64,000 nucleotides of DNA. Origin: Paramecium tetraurelia (taxonomy: Eukaryota). A program made the position numbers and the translations under genes. This document shows, piece after piece, positions 24,740 through 37,431 of the stretch. Position 1 is the first letter of the stretch. Each line of letters begins with the position of its first letter. The stretch is taken from NCBI GenBank assembly GCA_000165425.1, contig CT868374.1:62001-126000 (forward strand), written 5' to 3'. The notes beneath the pieces were generated by a model, which was not told where the DNA came from, searched no databases, and was given only the letters and a program-made list of their open reading frames with translations.

Positions 24740-25301
24740 TCATGCATCTGATATTATTTTTGTTAGAGGTTCTATGAAAGTTGAGGCTAGTTTTGATACT
24801 TATGGATGTTAAAAAACATTTGTAAGTAATTGTACTAAGATTTTCATTCTCATTTTCTACTCTTCTAACCTTTTTTTTTAATTCCTCAAAAGAATCTTGT
24901 AATGGACCTATCTTTTCCAGAGCTTCTCTCTTCTTTCTTTGCGATTCATTAGCAGAATTTCGATTTCTTCTGATACATTAGCATTTCTTGCAGTTGCATA
25001 TTTCTTCACCATTGTATACACATTTATTTTTCAATTTTTCTATCATCTTCAAATAGTAATTAGAACTATTTTTGACTGGAGCAACTTCCTGTTTGGCATT
25101 CTTCTAAGTAACATCAATCATATGACTCTCTAATTAAAATAGAGTAGGTAGTATGTATAAAATGGAACTATTCATTTAATTATGTATTTTTTTAGTTCTT
25201 AATGTAAATTCTGATAAATCTATAAAATTATTAGTATCATCAAAATATAATGCTATTGCTTTTTTCAAAAAGTCTTAGGTTACTGCCTTGAAATCACCCA
25301 T
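24740..25301 (-). CDS. bZIP-like transcription factor (apparent +1 frameshift near 24833; start uncertain, 25301 or 25121)
   Basis: CNCKKCQCIRRNRNSANESQRKKREALEKIGPLQDSFEELKKKVRRVENENENL: basic region followed by a zipper. Confidence 0.65.
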
Positions 25302-26037
25302 AATTAAAAGATACTAAACTATTAAATGATATGAATACCTCTTAAAATATGGCATCATTATGTATCTAGGCTGTTTATTTAACAATATTCTCAACGATAT
25401 CAAAAATGAGATTCGATTTCATAAAGAAATTGTTCATCAAAACAATATACTTATTAAATTAAACCAAAAACTATTCTTTTGATAATTCCTTTTGCTATTA
25501 ACTTAAAAATTTGAATATGAATGTGCTCCAAACATCTTCTGTATTTTTAGTTATCAATTAATATAGTGAATAAAAACTGATTTATTGACTGACTTATTTA
25601 TTTGCAGAGATCTAGTATTAGTAGAGTGTATTAAAAAAGATATCTGAAAAATCATCTCTGAACAACAAAAATTAGGAGAAATATTTCATATTGATACATT
25701 TATTTTCTTTAGTTTAATCTAATTTTAAAATAATAGGAGTACCTTTATCGAACTCAACTAGAGATGATCTAAGTAGGAGTGCAAGAGTCTTAAACAAAGA
25801 ATTACTCATAGTTATATTCATGGGATAATTTAAGATTTAGGATTTAAGAATTCCGATATAACTTCCTTCTCCCTTTATTTAATCTAGCCCATGAAGAATC
25901 AAATTCCCTAGTACATTCAGAAATTAAGGCAAATGATTTTCGATCTAATCTTTTATAGTCATCTCTACTGTTTGACACGTGAGCCGAGCTTACGGATCCA
26001 GAGCGTTAGCAAGAGGATCTCGATTTTTTTTTTTTTT

Positions 26038-26269
26038 NNNNNNNNNNNNNNNNNNNNNNNNNNNNNNNNNNNNNNNNNNNNNNNNNNNNNNNNNNNNNNN
26101 NNNNNNNNNNNNNNNNNNNNNNNNNNNNNNNNNNNNNNNNNNNNNNNNNNNNNNNNNNNNNNNNNNNNNNNNNNNNNNNNNNNNNNNNNNNNNNNNNNNN
26201 NNNNNNNNNNNNNNNNNNNNNNNNNNNNNNNNNNNNNNNNNNNNNNNNNNNNNNNNNNNNNNNNNNNNN
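26038..26269. other. Assembly gap (232 N)
   Basis: Run of N preceded by poly-T and an atypical GC-rich read end. Confidence 0.99.
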
Positions 26270-27765
26270 GCCAAGTTTAACTACTATAGATATTAAATCA
26301 ACATACTTATAATCAGTCTTTAAATCTGGTTGTTACAAGAGAGTGAGTAGTTGCTGTTATTTTATAATCTAACATATTGAAAATAAATTTACTTCTTTAT
26401 TTTATCTTAATACTTGTTCCTCTTATTTGATTTTTTGTAATTCCTGTTGCTTTATTATAGCTTAAAAGTAAAGTTGTTGTAATGAATTCATAGTAAATTT
26501 AAATAATTTTTTTGAATACAGAATTTGGGGAAAAAACTTTTATTTAGAGAATCATGCGTACTATTCACTATATATAGTTATTTACAGTCGAAATAAAATT
26601 GTTATTAATCGAATCTCAAATAGCTCTTCATTATTTCAATTAATTTGAATTATTTAGAATAATTAATATACGCATTAAAATAATAGCAATTATTAATTAT
26701 ATTTTATCAATCCACAGAAACATGTAAATTCATAAAAATAAAATACTTTAAATGCTATTTCAATGTTGAGAAATCAAAATAAATTGAATAAGCAGTTGTA
26801 GTTTAGATAACATATTCTTCTCTTTGTCTTTGAGAATGCTCAACCAACATAATTATTTATAGTCTTCATAATTCAATAAGTAAAATATTGATAAGGAATT
26901 TACAATTATCAAATAAAATTATTACAAAATTTTTATTAGATTATATTTTTGAGCTTCTTATTAAAAAAGTCATTAGTCTTAATGAGAATATTGACGGAAT
27001 TTACAAGAAGTAGGATAACAAATAGCAATATATAAACAAAAATATAGAATACAATGTATATTTATCTTTCTTCTAAGAAGTTAGTATTTTTGACCTATAA
27101 ATAACATAAAATGCTGAAATATATATATTTTTTTTAACTCTCTTTTTATATTTTATTATTATTAGATCAAATGATATTTTTTAGACTTTATTTTGAGAAA
27201 TCATTCTTGAAGATTCCTCAGTATTTGAACCAACATAAACCATTCATTCCTTTTAGAAATGTGCTTTAGATTTGCTTAGAGTGAATGGTAAGTTTTAGAT
27301 TTGAAATGAAATTATGATGCTCTCATGTTTTTTATCTATTTAGAGCAACACAAATAACATAAATTGCTTTTGTATTAGAAGCATTTACACTCTCTCTTTC
27401 ATTGTTATGATTTACATTATAATAGCTTATAAGAATACCATTATGATATAATTATATGTTAGACGATGCTCATAAATAGAAGCTAAGTAAAAGTGTGATA
27501 GGTAGAGAAGAAGGCTTGATATCAAAGAGAATTAGATCCAAAGAATATGAAAGGTAATTTACAAATTTTTATATTAAGAAAAACCTTTAATGACATTTAT
27601 TTTTATGATTGCAATTTAAATTAACAATTGTTTAATAGAAATTAATTTAAGTGTGTCTCCATGGAGATCGTGGATTTTTGTAAGAATTTAACAAATTTAC
27701 ATTGTTCTAATATTTAGATTTATAGTCATTATATCGTCATTAATAAAAATTTCTTAATTTTACTG

Positions 27766-28559
27766 ATGTTTTCATTGAATTACGAGCCACAAATAAGAAA
27801 ACCTTCTGATGCTACTGCTATCTTTTAATGCTATCCTATAGATCAAGAATTTGAGCAATGTTCCGAGGACTTTCCACCTCCTGCCCTTTTAAAATACTAG
27901 TATGTATAGAGTATTATTGTAGAAGCAATATTTCGGAATAATAGTTGTTTTACAACGAGAATATGTAAGATGCTATTGTTTAGGAATAAGAATTTGGAAT
28001 TTCTATAAATAGTAATTAAGGAATAGAGAAGCTTTAAACAACTAATTTCTAGCAACTCGAATAAAGCAATACAAATATTTAGAGCAATAACTTAAAGGAA
28101 AAGAGAAATCGACGAACGACACATTATAGAGTAATCGATTCATCATCATTTTTTTAGGAATTTTTTGATAAAGATTTAGATGAACATAATTTAAACAATT
28201 CACCTTGTAAATGCAGTAAATCACATTGCTTAAAGTTGTATTGTGCTTGTTTCCATAGAAATATTGAATGTTCTGAGTTGTGCTAATGTCATGATTGCCA
28301 TAATAAATCAGATTATTCTTAAATCAGAACTTAGGCTTTAGAGAAAGTTAAAGTAAAATAATAGAGAAGAAAACATGACGATGATTTATTTGATAAGGAT
28401 ACTGTGTGGGGATGCTAATGCAGAAAATCATAATGCAAAAAAAATTATTGCGAGTGTTTCATTAGAAATAAAAAATGCTCATCTCTTTGTAAATGCAATA
28501 ATTGTGAGAATAAAAGGAGAGTGCCAAATATCAAAAAAATAATCAAATGCGAAAATTGA
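27766..28559 (+). CDS. Tesmin/TSO1-like CXC (CRC) domain protein (LIN54 family)
   Basis: [34 protein letters not shown] ... GCQCRKSQCKKNYCECFIRNKKCSSLCKCNNCEN: two CXC motifs; one 23-nt intron. Confidence 0.92.
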
Positions 28560-28667
28560 TGACACTGATTACTTTTGATTTTTTATCAATTTATGAATCG
28601 TATAATTCCTTTAAGAAAATTAACTTAAGGTTTTTATGAAAAGAAGAAATACATATACGAATAAATT

Positions 28668-29302
28668 TCAATTTAAAAATTATGATAACCATCTAAATCC
28701 TTCAGCATAGCCTACTCTGTTTGCAACACTGCACATAAATACATCAACTGGTCTTCCATCGATTTCCTTAATGTTTTTGTTGTTAATTTGTTATTTAACA
28801 TTAATTCCTAGAGCTTATCTTAATTCCTCCTCTGGCACAGCTCCTGGCTTGTCAATTTTGTTTCCCAAAATTACTATTGGAACCTAAAAATAATATAAAT
28901 GGTTAAATACCTTTGCCAATTCTGCTGTATTTAATATTTATTCCAGCTCATCCCTACTTTCCTTCAATCTCTATGAGTCTGCTGAATCAACGAGATATAT
29001 GATTCCATCAACTGTTGGAAAATAGTTCTTCCAAGTCTTCCTGACAGCTTTATGACCTCCCAAATCGAATGCCTTGAATCTGACATTTCCCAACACCAAC
29101 TCTTCTGCGTGTGGATGTAAAGTTGGGTCATGTTGTACCATTCTATCATCTTTCAGTCTTCTCAATAGAGTTGTCTTTCCAGCGTTGTCCAGTCTAATAA
29201 AATATTAGAATTTTCTAATTACCCTAAAAACAAGATTTTTGCATTCTTTTTGTAGAGTCCCAAAGAACCCAACAAACTTTTGAACATGTTAAGGATAAAC
29301 AT
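28668..29302 (-). CDS. SAR1: Small GTPase Sar1 (COPII)
   Basis: [46 protein letters not shown]...[13 protein letters not shown]; two tiny introns. Confidence 0.98.
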
Positions 29303-29662
29303 TTTAACTTGCAGAATTTAAAATATTAAAGGAAAAACGAAATATGTTTTAGGATTTAAACAAATTTTTTATTGCATAATAATCGAACACATCATTCGTA
29401 TAATTTGTATATAATTATTCACTAGTTTCATTAATTATTTTTTTGTTTTAAATTCTCTTAACTTTAATTATATTTAATATGTTTGGCAAGTAAACTCCTA
29501 AAATTATTCAATATGAAGAATCTCTCCTTAAATGAGTATACCATCAGGTTTTAGACCTGTAATGATTAACATTAAGAATCTAATTGATTGTTAAAGTGAA
29601 ATTTGTTAAATATATAAAAAATCAAAGTAGTTCCTTGTTTTTGACTTTGAACGGTGTTTGAA

Positions 29663-29926
29663 TCATCGAAAGTCGTCTTCATCAGTTTCTTCTTCTATAG
29701 ATATTAAGCTATCTTATTTTTTATCTAACTTCTTATTGGATTGTCTCAACTTTTTAATTTTTTATAGAATGAACTTAGAAATTTAGTCTAAATTCATTTC
29801 CACATCGGAATGTACACTCTAATTAAGGATTAACTCCTTCATTTGTGTTTTCTCTACCTCACTGATGAGTTTGAGATCGTAAAAATTTTTGAGAGTTTAA
29901 AATGCCAATTTGTAATAGGTTTGCAT
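29663..29926 (-). CDS. Small hypothetical protein (87 aa) with acidic tail
   Basis: MQTYYKLAFQTLKNFYDLKLISEVEKTQMKELILN...LISIEEETDEDDFR-TGA, intronless. Confidence 0.65.
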
Positions 29927-29981
29927 TTTTATAAAATGTATTTTATTTAATATTTCAAGTTCAATATAATATAAATTTAAA

Positions 29982-31733
29982 TCATAACGCTTCAGATTAT
30001 AAAATTACCTTAGCAGTAAATTAAAGATTTCCATATTCAATTTAAATTATAGTGTCCGGTTTAATCTTGGCACTCAATTGATCATGGTGACCAACGATGA
30101 CAGTGGGTATATTAAAGTGCACTTAAGTATGATGATACTATATATTACTTTAATTTTATTTACAATAATTCATCAATTCATCGATACCAACAAATTGAGA
30201 ACATCTAACATAGTTTTATTCTTTTTCAATAGAATAATATTTGACCTCAACAAAATATTCGCAACTCAATGCAATTAAGGTATTTAATATGATAAAATTA
30301 CTTAAAAATATGTAAATAGGTATAATGATATATGGTAGTATATATCCATGTTTTGAATACATTGGTTCAACTATATTTCCCCAATCTATTACTATAATAT
30401 TAAGCAATACCATCCAAAGTCATGATTTAAACAAGAGTGTAGAAGGAACCCCAAAAAGATGAGAAATACTTTTATTATTTTAATCCTGTGTATGCAGAAT
30501 AATTAGAAGTCAAAATGCTAGCAATGAACATTATAATTCCAAAGAGTTGTGTGAATTAAGGCATCAGAAATGGTAACATGTCTATTGTGCCAACGAATAT
30601 TCCTTTGACTGATGGAGTAGTGGCAATTTTTAGTAAATTCAGTAGACAACCAATTTCAAGGAATATCAATGAGTAGATTAATGATAATGGTCTATCTATG
30701 AATACAAATTGATTTACCCAGCTATGAAATGCAACAGCATCATAATTTTATTGTTTCTTTCTAAATCATAAATTGGTCCCTTCTTCAGAATTAATATAAT
30801 AAAATGAATTGTGTATAACCCATCATCTATCAATTCTATCACTAATTCACTTGTACTGTCTCCATGATCAAAATTCTCAAGTATTGATATAAATATCCCT
30901 CCAAAACTAATAATGAATACGATATATTGATAATAGTTACCAATAATGCATTTATCAAATAAATTCTACTCCTTTACTAATTCCGATAATATTTATTGTT
31001 AATTTATTTCATAATTAAATGGGTCATCTAAGTGATTACCTTTTTTCTCAAATTACAGTGTCTCAATCAAAATACCCATCATTATGTTTAAATAGAAATA
31101 TGTCATAAGTAGAATATAAATACACAATATAAAATATCCAACTAAATCATCTGACTCTCTTCCTATCTAAGCCCAATCATCCAAACTTAGAGTCTAAACA
31201 AATGTTAGCACTGATCTACTGAATGTGCCATAAAATATTTCAACTTTTTTGTTATCATAATAATAGGCAGTTGTTGAATATGCACATATACATAAAATGA
31301 AAAACATAGTGATTGCCAAATTCATTATTTCAGACCACACTAATTTAATTTCTCTTATCATTCTCTACGAAAAAGGGAAAGTAAGTATATCTATACTCAT
31401 GATAATTTAAGTCATTCCTAATAAATTGTAACCAAAAAATAGATGACCAAAACCTAAGATCAAAGCTACAACTGCAAAAACTAAATCAGATATGTTCTGT
31501 CGATTATTCAATAGCATTAGAAGATAAATCCCAATAAAAATTAGAGTTTCATCATTAAATTTGAAAAAGGACCCAATATAGAATATAAGCATTAGCAATG
31601 TTTTGTATTTATTTTCAGGCCTAACAGGTATCTAATTTGAATGTGCTTCATCATTATTTGTTGATGGAAGTCGTTGGACTTCGTGTTCGGTCAATTCTGT
31701 TTCTAATTACTTATACTTTATTTATGAAAACAT
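29982..31733 (-). CDS. Two-repeat cation channel of the voltage-gated superfamily (Ion_trans x2)
   Basis: Pore 1 YGTFSRSVLTFVQTLSLDDWAQIGR with S6 YFYLNIMMGILIE; pore 2 FSSFWGSFYTLVQIMTLDDWGNIVEPM with S6 FIILNTLIALSCE; three tiny introns. Confidence 0.85.
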
Positions 31734-32195
31734 TAATGTAAATTATAATACCTATCGATTTAATTTTGAGTAACAATAATATTATTAATCATACAGGGTA
31801 TAGCCTGTTAGGTATTCTAATGATTGTTAATCATAAAATTGTTGATTATTCTATTTTCCCTATAGAGTTTGCAAGATATTTGACTTTAAATTATGATATT
31901 AGTTTATGTAACTTAAAATATTTATTATCAATATCAACATAGACTTTCATTAATAATTTTAAGAAATTATAATATTGATTTAAAAAGGTTTGACTTTATC
32001 AGACAGAAATAGAAAGATAATTTTACTGCTGATTTAAATTTTATGATTAAAATTCTAATTAGGTTATTATTCCAATAAAATAATTAATTTCAATTTAATA
32101 AATTTTTGTAGTAAGGAAAAAGCTAAGATTAATCTAATAATAATGAAGTAGTAATTGAAAATAAATTAATATTTAATCATTTTTTTGATTAATCC

Positions 32196-33799
32196 TCAGT
32201 CTGACTTAATTAAAAATGAACTCATTTGATTAATTTCATTCATATTTTTGTACAATCTCACTATCAAACCTAAAGATATTAAATAAATATACAGTCATCA
32301 CTCATTATGACGTAATCGTGAGGACTTATCAATTTTAGAATTTTTCTGAAATGTGTACTCTTTTACAATAACATGTATAATTCTGACATGACATCTACTT
32401 TAATAATGATGTCAATGAATTCATTTTATTCGAAAAAAGAGTTGCAAAGATGTATTTAGATTATTTCAGCTTTGGTTTTAAAGAGATGGGTGAAAAAGTT
32501 GATCAAAAATTCATCCAAAGAATTCTCAATTGTGGAGATTTCTTTAATTTCTGAACAGAATTCAATCCTCATTTGTTTTTATTCATATGCTTATTAATAG
32601 AGCTTTGCATATTTTTTAAACATCAATAAAAATGATTAATTTGTTATTCTACTGGATTTTGTATATTTAAACTTTGAAAATATGTACATTAACTTAGTGA
32701 TTGCTTAATAAATAGAGTTTTAGTCATGATTTAATGACTTATCTAAGATTAGGATTTATTTTTTTAAGAAATTTCTAAAATTAATTTAAAATTTATTCAA
32801 ACCTTATTTATAATTAACTAGTTATTATTATAAATGTTAAATTTCTTGTCTTTTCTTATCTATTATCAATATATAAATAAGTTCTGTTACGAAGCATTCA
32901 GAATAGCGAATAAATAATTTTTATATGTGATTATTATTGTTTGATTTTAGTTCTAAAATTTTATTAACTATTAAATCATCTTACTTCTTTTGTCTCGCCA
33001 ACAAAAATGTCTCCAACGTTTGTCCATATATGGAGTAATTTCGAAGGATGAAATTAAGGGCATCATGATTATTTGAGAACTATTTAAATTCTTGATGATG
33101 TTGGAGGTTACTGAATTTTTATTAAAACTGCACATTATCTTTGTCATATGTACAAAGCGCGAAAGGACTATCGGTTAATAATGGTATCAATTGCTCTAAA
33201 AAGTTATCATACTCTAAAATACCTTACTAATTATCTTGAGTAGTAAATAGGAATGACAATCTATATTGTTGATTTATCTTAAAAATACAATAGAGAAACA
33301 TCAATCCAATTACGACCGAATAAAGTATGGTTTGATAAGATAATGATGGCTGATAATATTTTGATATCACTATCTTTATTATTATATTTCCCAATATATG
33401 TATTGAACTAAATTTAAAATCGGAAATAAGTATTATCATTATATTTAATAACAATTGATTCTATCCAAATACAAAGGATTCTTGCGGTTCAAATCCGTCT
33501 TCAACGTATTGTTGCTGTAACATCAAAAAATGATTTATGATTAGCAAGTAATAATCTACCCCTCTTCTATTGTTATTAAAAATGAAAAATTAAGCTAACA
33601 AGGCGACAATTGTTAAAGAGAGAAATACAAAAAACCCTACCATTTAATCCTGAAAAATAAAAGTAATGCTTCGGAATAAGCACAACAAGAAACTGACTAG
33701 ATTCAAAGATTTGCAAATAGGAAGGGTATATCGATATCGAGAATCTTGATACTATTATTCCAGTTTTTCACTTCTAAATGTAAGAGTGTATTTATTCAT
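32196..33799 (-). CDS. Multi-pass membrane protein with cytosolic C-terminal region (ciliate-expanded family, possibly degenerate histidine-kinase-like)
   Basis: MNKYTLTFRSEKLEQQYQ start; about 5-6 TM helices; 27-nt intron; about 330-aa soluble part; ends ...FLIKSD-TGA. Confidence 0.7.
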
Positions 33800-34248
33800 T
33801 TATTCAATTATTTTTATCAAATAATAAATATTATTAATATATCCTTAACTATAAATAGGTAAATATAATTAGAAAAAATCTTAATGATAAATAAAAACTT
33901 GTTTCTGAATCATCATAAAGGTGTTCAAATGTTTTCATAACAAAAATAGTAATTTAAATATGTTTCTAAAATTACAGTTTCTATTATATTTATACTTATT
34001 TAATTTTTAAATATGTATAATAATAATTAGTTTTAATTGAGATTCTAATCGTGAGATGTGTAAATATTTTTGTGTATATACAAATTAATAAAGTTTAAGC
34101 TAAAATATACTTTTTTAATCATCCTTGATATTTTGTTTATAGAGTCATGAAAAAAATCGATTTAAATAAATTAAAAATAACAGTTTATAAGTTTTAAATT
34201 AATTAATCAAACATGGAACAAACAGTTTTCATTATTGCTATTTAGTAA

Positions 34249-34705
34249 TCATATACAACTCTTCAATTTTGTTAAGAAATCGATTATGTCTTTATTAAAT
34301 ATCTTTTATTTATTTATTATATTTTTTTAAATTATCAAATGATTGATCGTGTTAAAGTCTCAAAAATAAGTAAAAAATTTACTTTTATGTTGATACTTGT
34401 GATTGCATAAATTTAGTATTGTTTTCAGGTTTTTCTGGACTCTTTTGGTTTATTTTAGGCAACTTGAGAAAATAGGCATCCTTTTCTAAGGATTGATTTG
34501 TTGTTTAATTTTTATCTCTTTGAGAAAGAGAGACTTTATTCCTTAATTTCTTAAGTTTTAATTTATTTAATGATTACAATTGTTTCATTTGATTTGGATA
34601 TTAATGGAAGTTAAATGAAGGGCCTATGTTGATGAATTGTGATTTTCTATAATTATCTTTCAGAAAGACATATCATTTATTTAATTATATTTAATAATGT
34701 TGCAT
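34249..34705 (-). pseudogene. Basic low-complexity ORF with an in-frame TGA near its 5' end (pseudogene or mis-started gene)
   Basis: MQHYQIQLNK*YVFLKDNYRKSQF...YFLKLPKINQKSPEKPE...DFLTKLKSCI-TGA. Confidence 0.3.
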
Positions 34706-34927
34706 AGCAATTTTATATAACATGATAATAAATTGGTTTTAATGATTATCTTAACATACGTTTAAACGAAATAGCAAATAAAATGTATTATTTAATGAAT
34801 ATATTTATTTTATCTTATCTATAAAAAAGAAGGGATAAATTTAAAGATGAAAAGGAAATCAACTCAATTTAATAACCTTCGACGTAAAAATAATAAATTT
34901 AATTATATCCAAATAATATGATATGCA

Positions 34928-36072
34928 TCAAATTCCTTTAATATAAAATATGTATTCGGATCCACCTGATAAAGCATAAGCTAATTTTTTTGAGCCAGTA
35001 TCAGATTTGGTAGAATCATATGCTATCATTGTTGCATCTTCTACATATGTACCGGCAGCCTTATCTGTTATTTTGACTAATTTGTTGTTGGTGGTAATGC
35101 TGAATGTTGTGCCACTATAAATGTAAGTGACAGTCAAAGATAAACCAGTAAATGCTGCTGGTGTTGCTGCATCATCAATAATTTTGACATAATAAACATC
35201 ACTGAACGCAGTAGCTGCTGCTATACCAAATTGAACAGCTGGGTACGAAATGACTTAGACATATCCATTTTTTGTGTATGACAACCATGACAAGGTGGTT
35301 GTGTGTTCTTAGCCATTAACAGTTAAGTACAATCTAGAAAAGGTAGTTTAAGCAAAATTTAAAATGTAATAATTGGTCTGATAGTGTTTGCTAAAGGTTC
35401 TGACTCTTTACAAGAAGATGTCGGCTAATTACCAAAACTTAGTTAATGTTGCTCCTTTCAAGGCAGGGGTCATTGTTGTGTCATCCTATTATAGAAATAT
35501 TGCTATACTCTAATATTTTGGATAGTTTAGAACAATGCTTTTTCAATGTAATATGGGTGAGTGGTTGTTTTGATAAGTTCAGGTTGATATGCAACATATA
35601 AATCTAAGATGGAATTTAATTAAGAGTTTGTGGCCAATTGTAAGTTGACAGTGAATACTTAATATAAATAGTCTGATTTAGGGGTTTTGGTTTATAAATC
35701 TGCCACTGTTATTCCTGTAAGTGAATGAGTAGCTAATCCAGTAGTGGAAATGGGGAACCTTACATAATTATAATCAACTTTATTATTGCTAGTAGGAGTT
35801 GTGCACACATTTTCATATTGTACATTCAAAGAGGCGATTGGTGCGCAAGTTCCTGAGTAAACACCGCTTGGACGACAAGCTCCAATTTCATTTATTCTAT
35901 AACAGTCAGCTGCCACAGTGTAAGGATCGCATTAGGTAGTCCACTTACAATAACCTGCGGCTTTACATAGTGCTTCAGTTGGGAAATTAGCAGCAGAGCA
36001 AGCAGTTTACCCTGGTGGTGCAGTAGAGCCTAGCCAGAATAATAGAAATGTAAGAAAATAATATTTGTACAT
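34928..36072 (-). CDS. Secreted protein with Cys-rich N-terminal module (paralog A)
   Basis: Signal peptide MYKYYFLTFLLFWLGST; CKAAGYCKW; HPYYIEKALFQTIQNIRDD; one 23-nt intron; no TM or GPI tail. Confidence 0.85.
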
Positions 36073-36258
36073 TAATTTAATTACATCATCAAATGAATAT
36101 TTTATAGACTCTTAAATGCATAGACCAGATAGAACATAATTTATTTTAATAGATATAAATCATAGAACAAGGTATAAGCTGTTGGGAATAAAAAGAAATG
36201 ATATTGTATAAATATAAGAATAAGCAAAATTAATTTAATGATGATTGATATTTAATAT

Positions 36259-37431
36259 TCAAGCACATGATGTTCCACTCCATGTAAAACGTCCTAATCT
36301 ACATCTTGTGTAATATCTCCCTGTTGCTACTTAAGAAGTAATTGCAGTTTCAGCAATCAGATAAGATTTTGTAGTAGATTGACTTGAAATATTGATGGTG
36401 CAGGTTTTTGTAGATGTATTACAACCTGCTGAACCTTGAGAAGTAAATCCATTCATCTCAATCTTATCAAAAGTATATAAATTAGCACTACTTGTGGGTT
36501 AAGTACCTGTGTATGACCATGTCCATTATAGAGAATAAGTTAGAGTTGCATCACTACCATCTATATTTGATGGTCTAATTATGAATATATCTGATAAGGA
36601 GGAAAGGATACCAAATTATTCAGCAGGAATCACTAGCAATTCCAAATATCCGTTATCATTATAAGAAGTCCAAGAAATTTGAGTAGTTTGATATTGAGAT
36701 CCTAATGTCAGGGAAAAGCGATTGAAATGAGAAAACCCAGAATTGATCAAATATTTATTCGAAATATAGAAGGGCTGATATGCTCTTAATTTTAGAAAGT
36801 AGGCATCTGTCATCCTCCATAAGAGAGTGTAATAATCCTATCTTTTATTTGTTGTACCAGTAAGAGTCAAGGCGACATCGTCTCGAATAGCTTACATAGA
36901 TTCATAGATCGCCTTCTCTAGATACATGGGGTGTATCTGAGTATCAGCTAAATCATATTGCATCTAAATATAGGCATTCATAATATTCATCAATTCTGAT
37001 GTGGAGGCTGTCAAAATGTTCACTGTTACTATCTCATACTTGTATTTTGAAGTGTACCTGGCAGTCATTATAGTAGTAACAAGATAACCACCTGTTGTTT
37101 GACTTGAAGATAATTATGTAATGTCTGAAGGAAACTTTACATAAGAATACATCATAGTAGTCTGATCAAATTCCATACATTAATTCAGAAAGTTAGAATT
37201 AATCGAAGGGATCTCTGCACATTTATTATTCAGGACCAGAAACCCATTTAAACTAGATCTACAAGCCCTGATGTCACTAACTTTGTGACACTCAGCCAGT
37301 CGGCAAGCTGTCCCTGTCCAAAAGCAATACCCAGCAGCAGTACATGTAGTCTGAATCATCCCTGCGCAATCTATAGTTTAACTGAAAACGCTATTGAGTG
37401 ATGCAATCAATATAAGTAATTTTTTCAACAT
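36259..37431 (-). CDS. Secreted protein with Cys-rich N-terminal module (paralog B, 390 aa)
   Basis: Signal peptide MLKKLLILIASLNSVFS; CTAAGYCFWTGTAC; HPMYLEKAIYESMQAIRDD; ends FTWSGTSCA-TGA; intronless. Confidence 0.85.

Noticed and set aside
25933..26296. ORFs spanning the N run
   Set aside because: Artefacts of translating Ns.
32300..32750. Apparent plus-strand pseudogene
   Set aside because: It is the antisense shadow of the minus-strand gene 32196-33799.
34670..34680. In-frame TGA as possible selenocysteine
   Set aside because: There is no redox-motif context and no SECIS-like element that I could recognise; pseudogene or wrong start is more likely.
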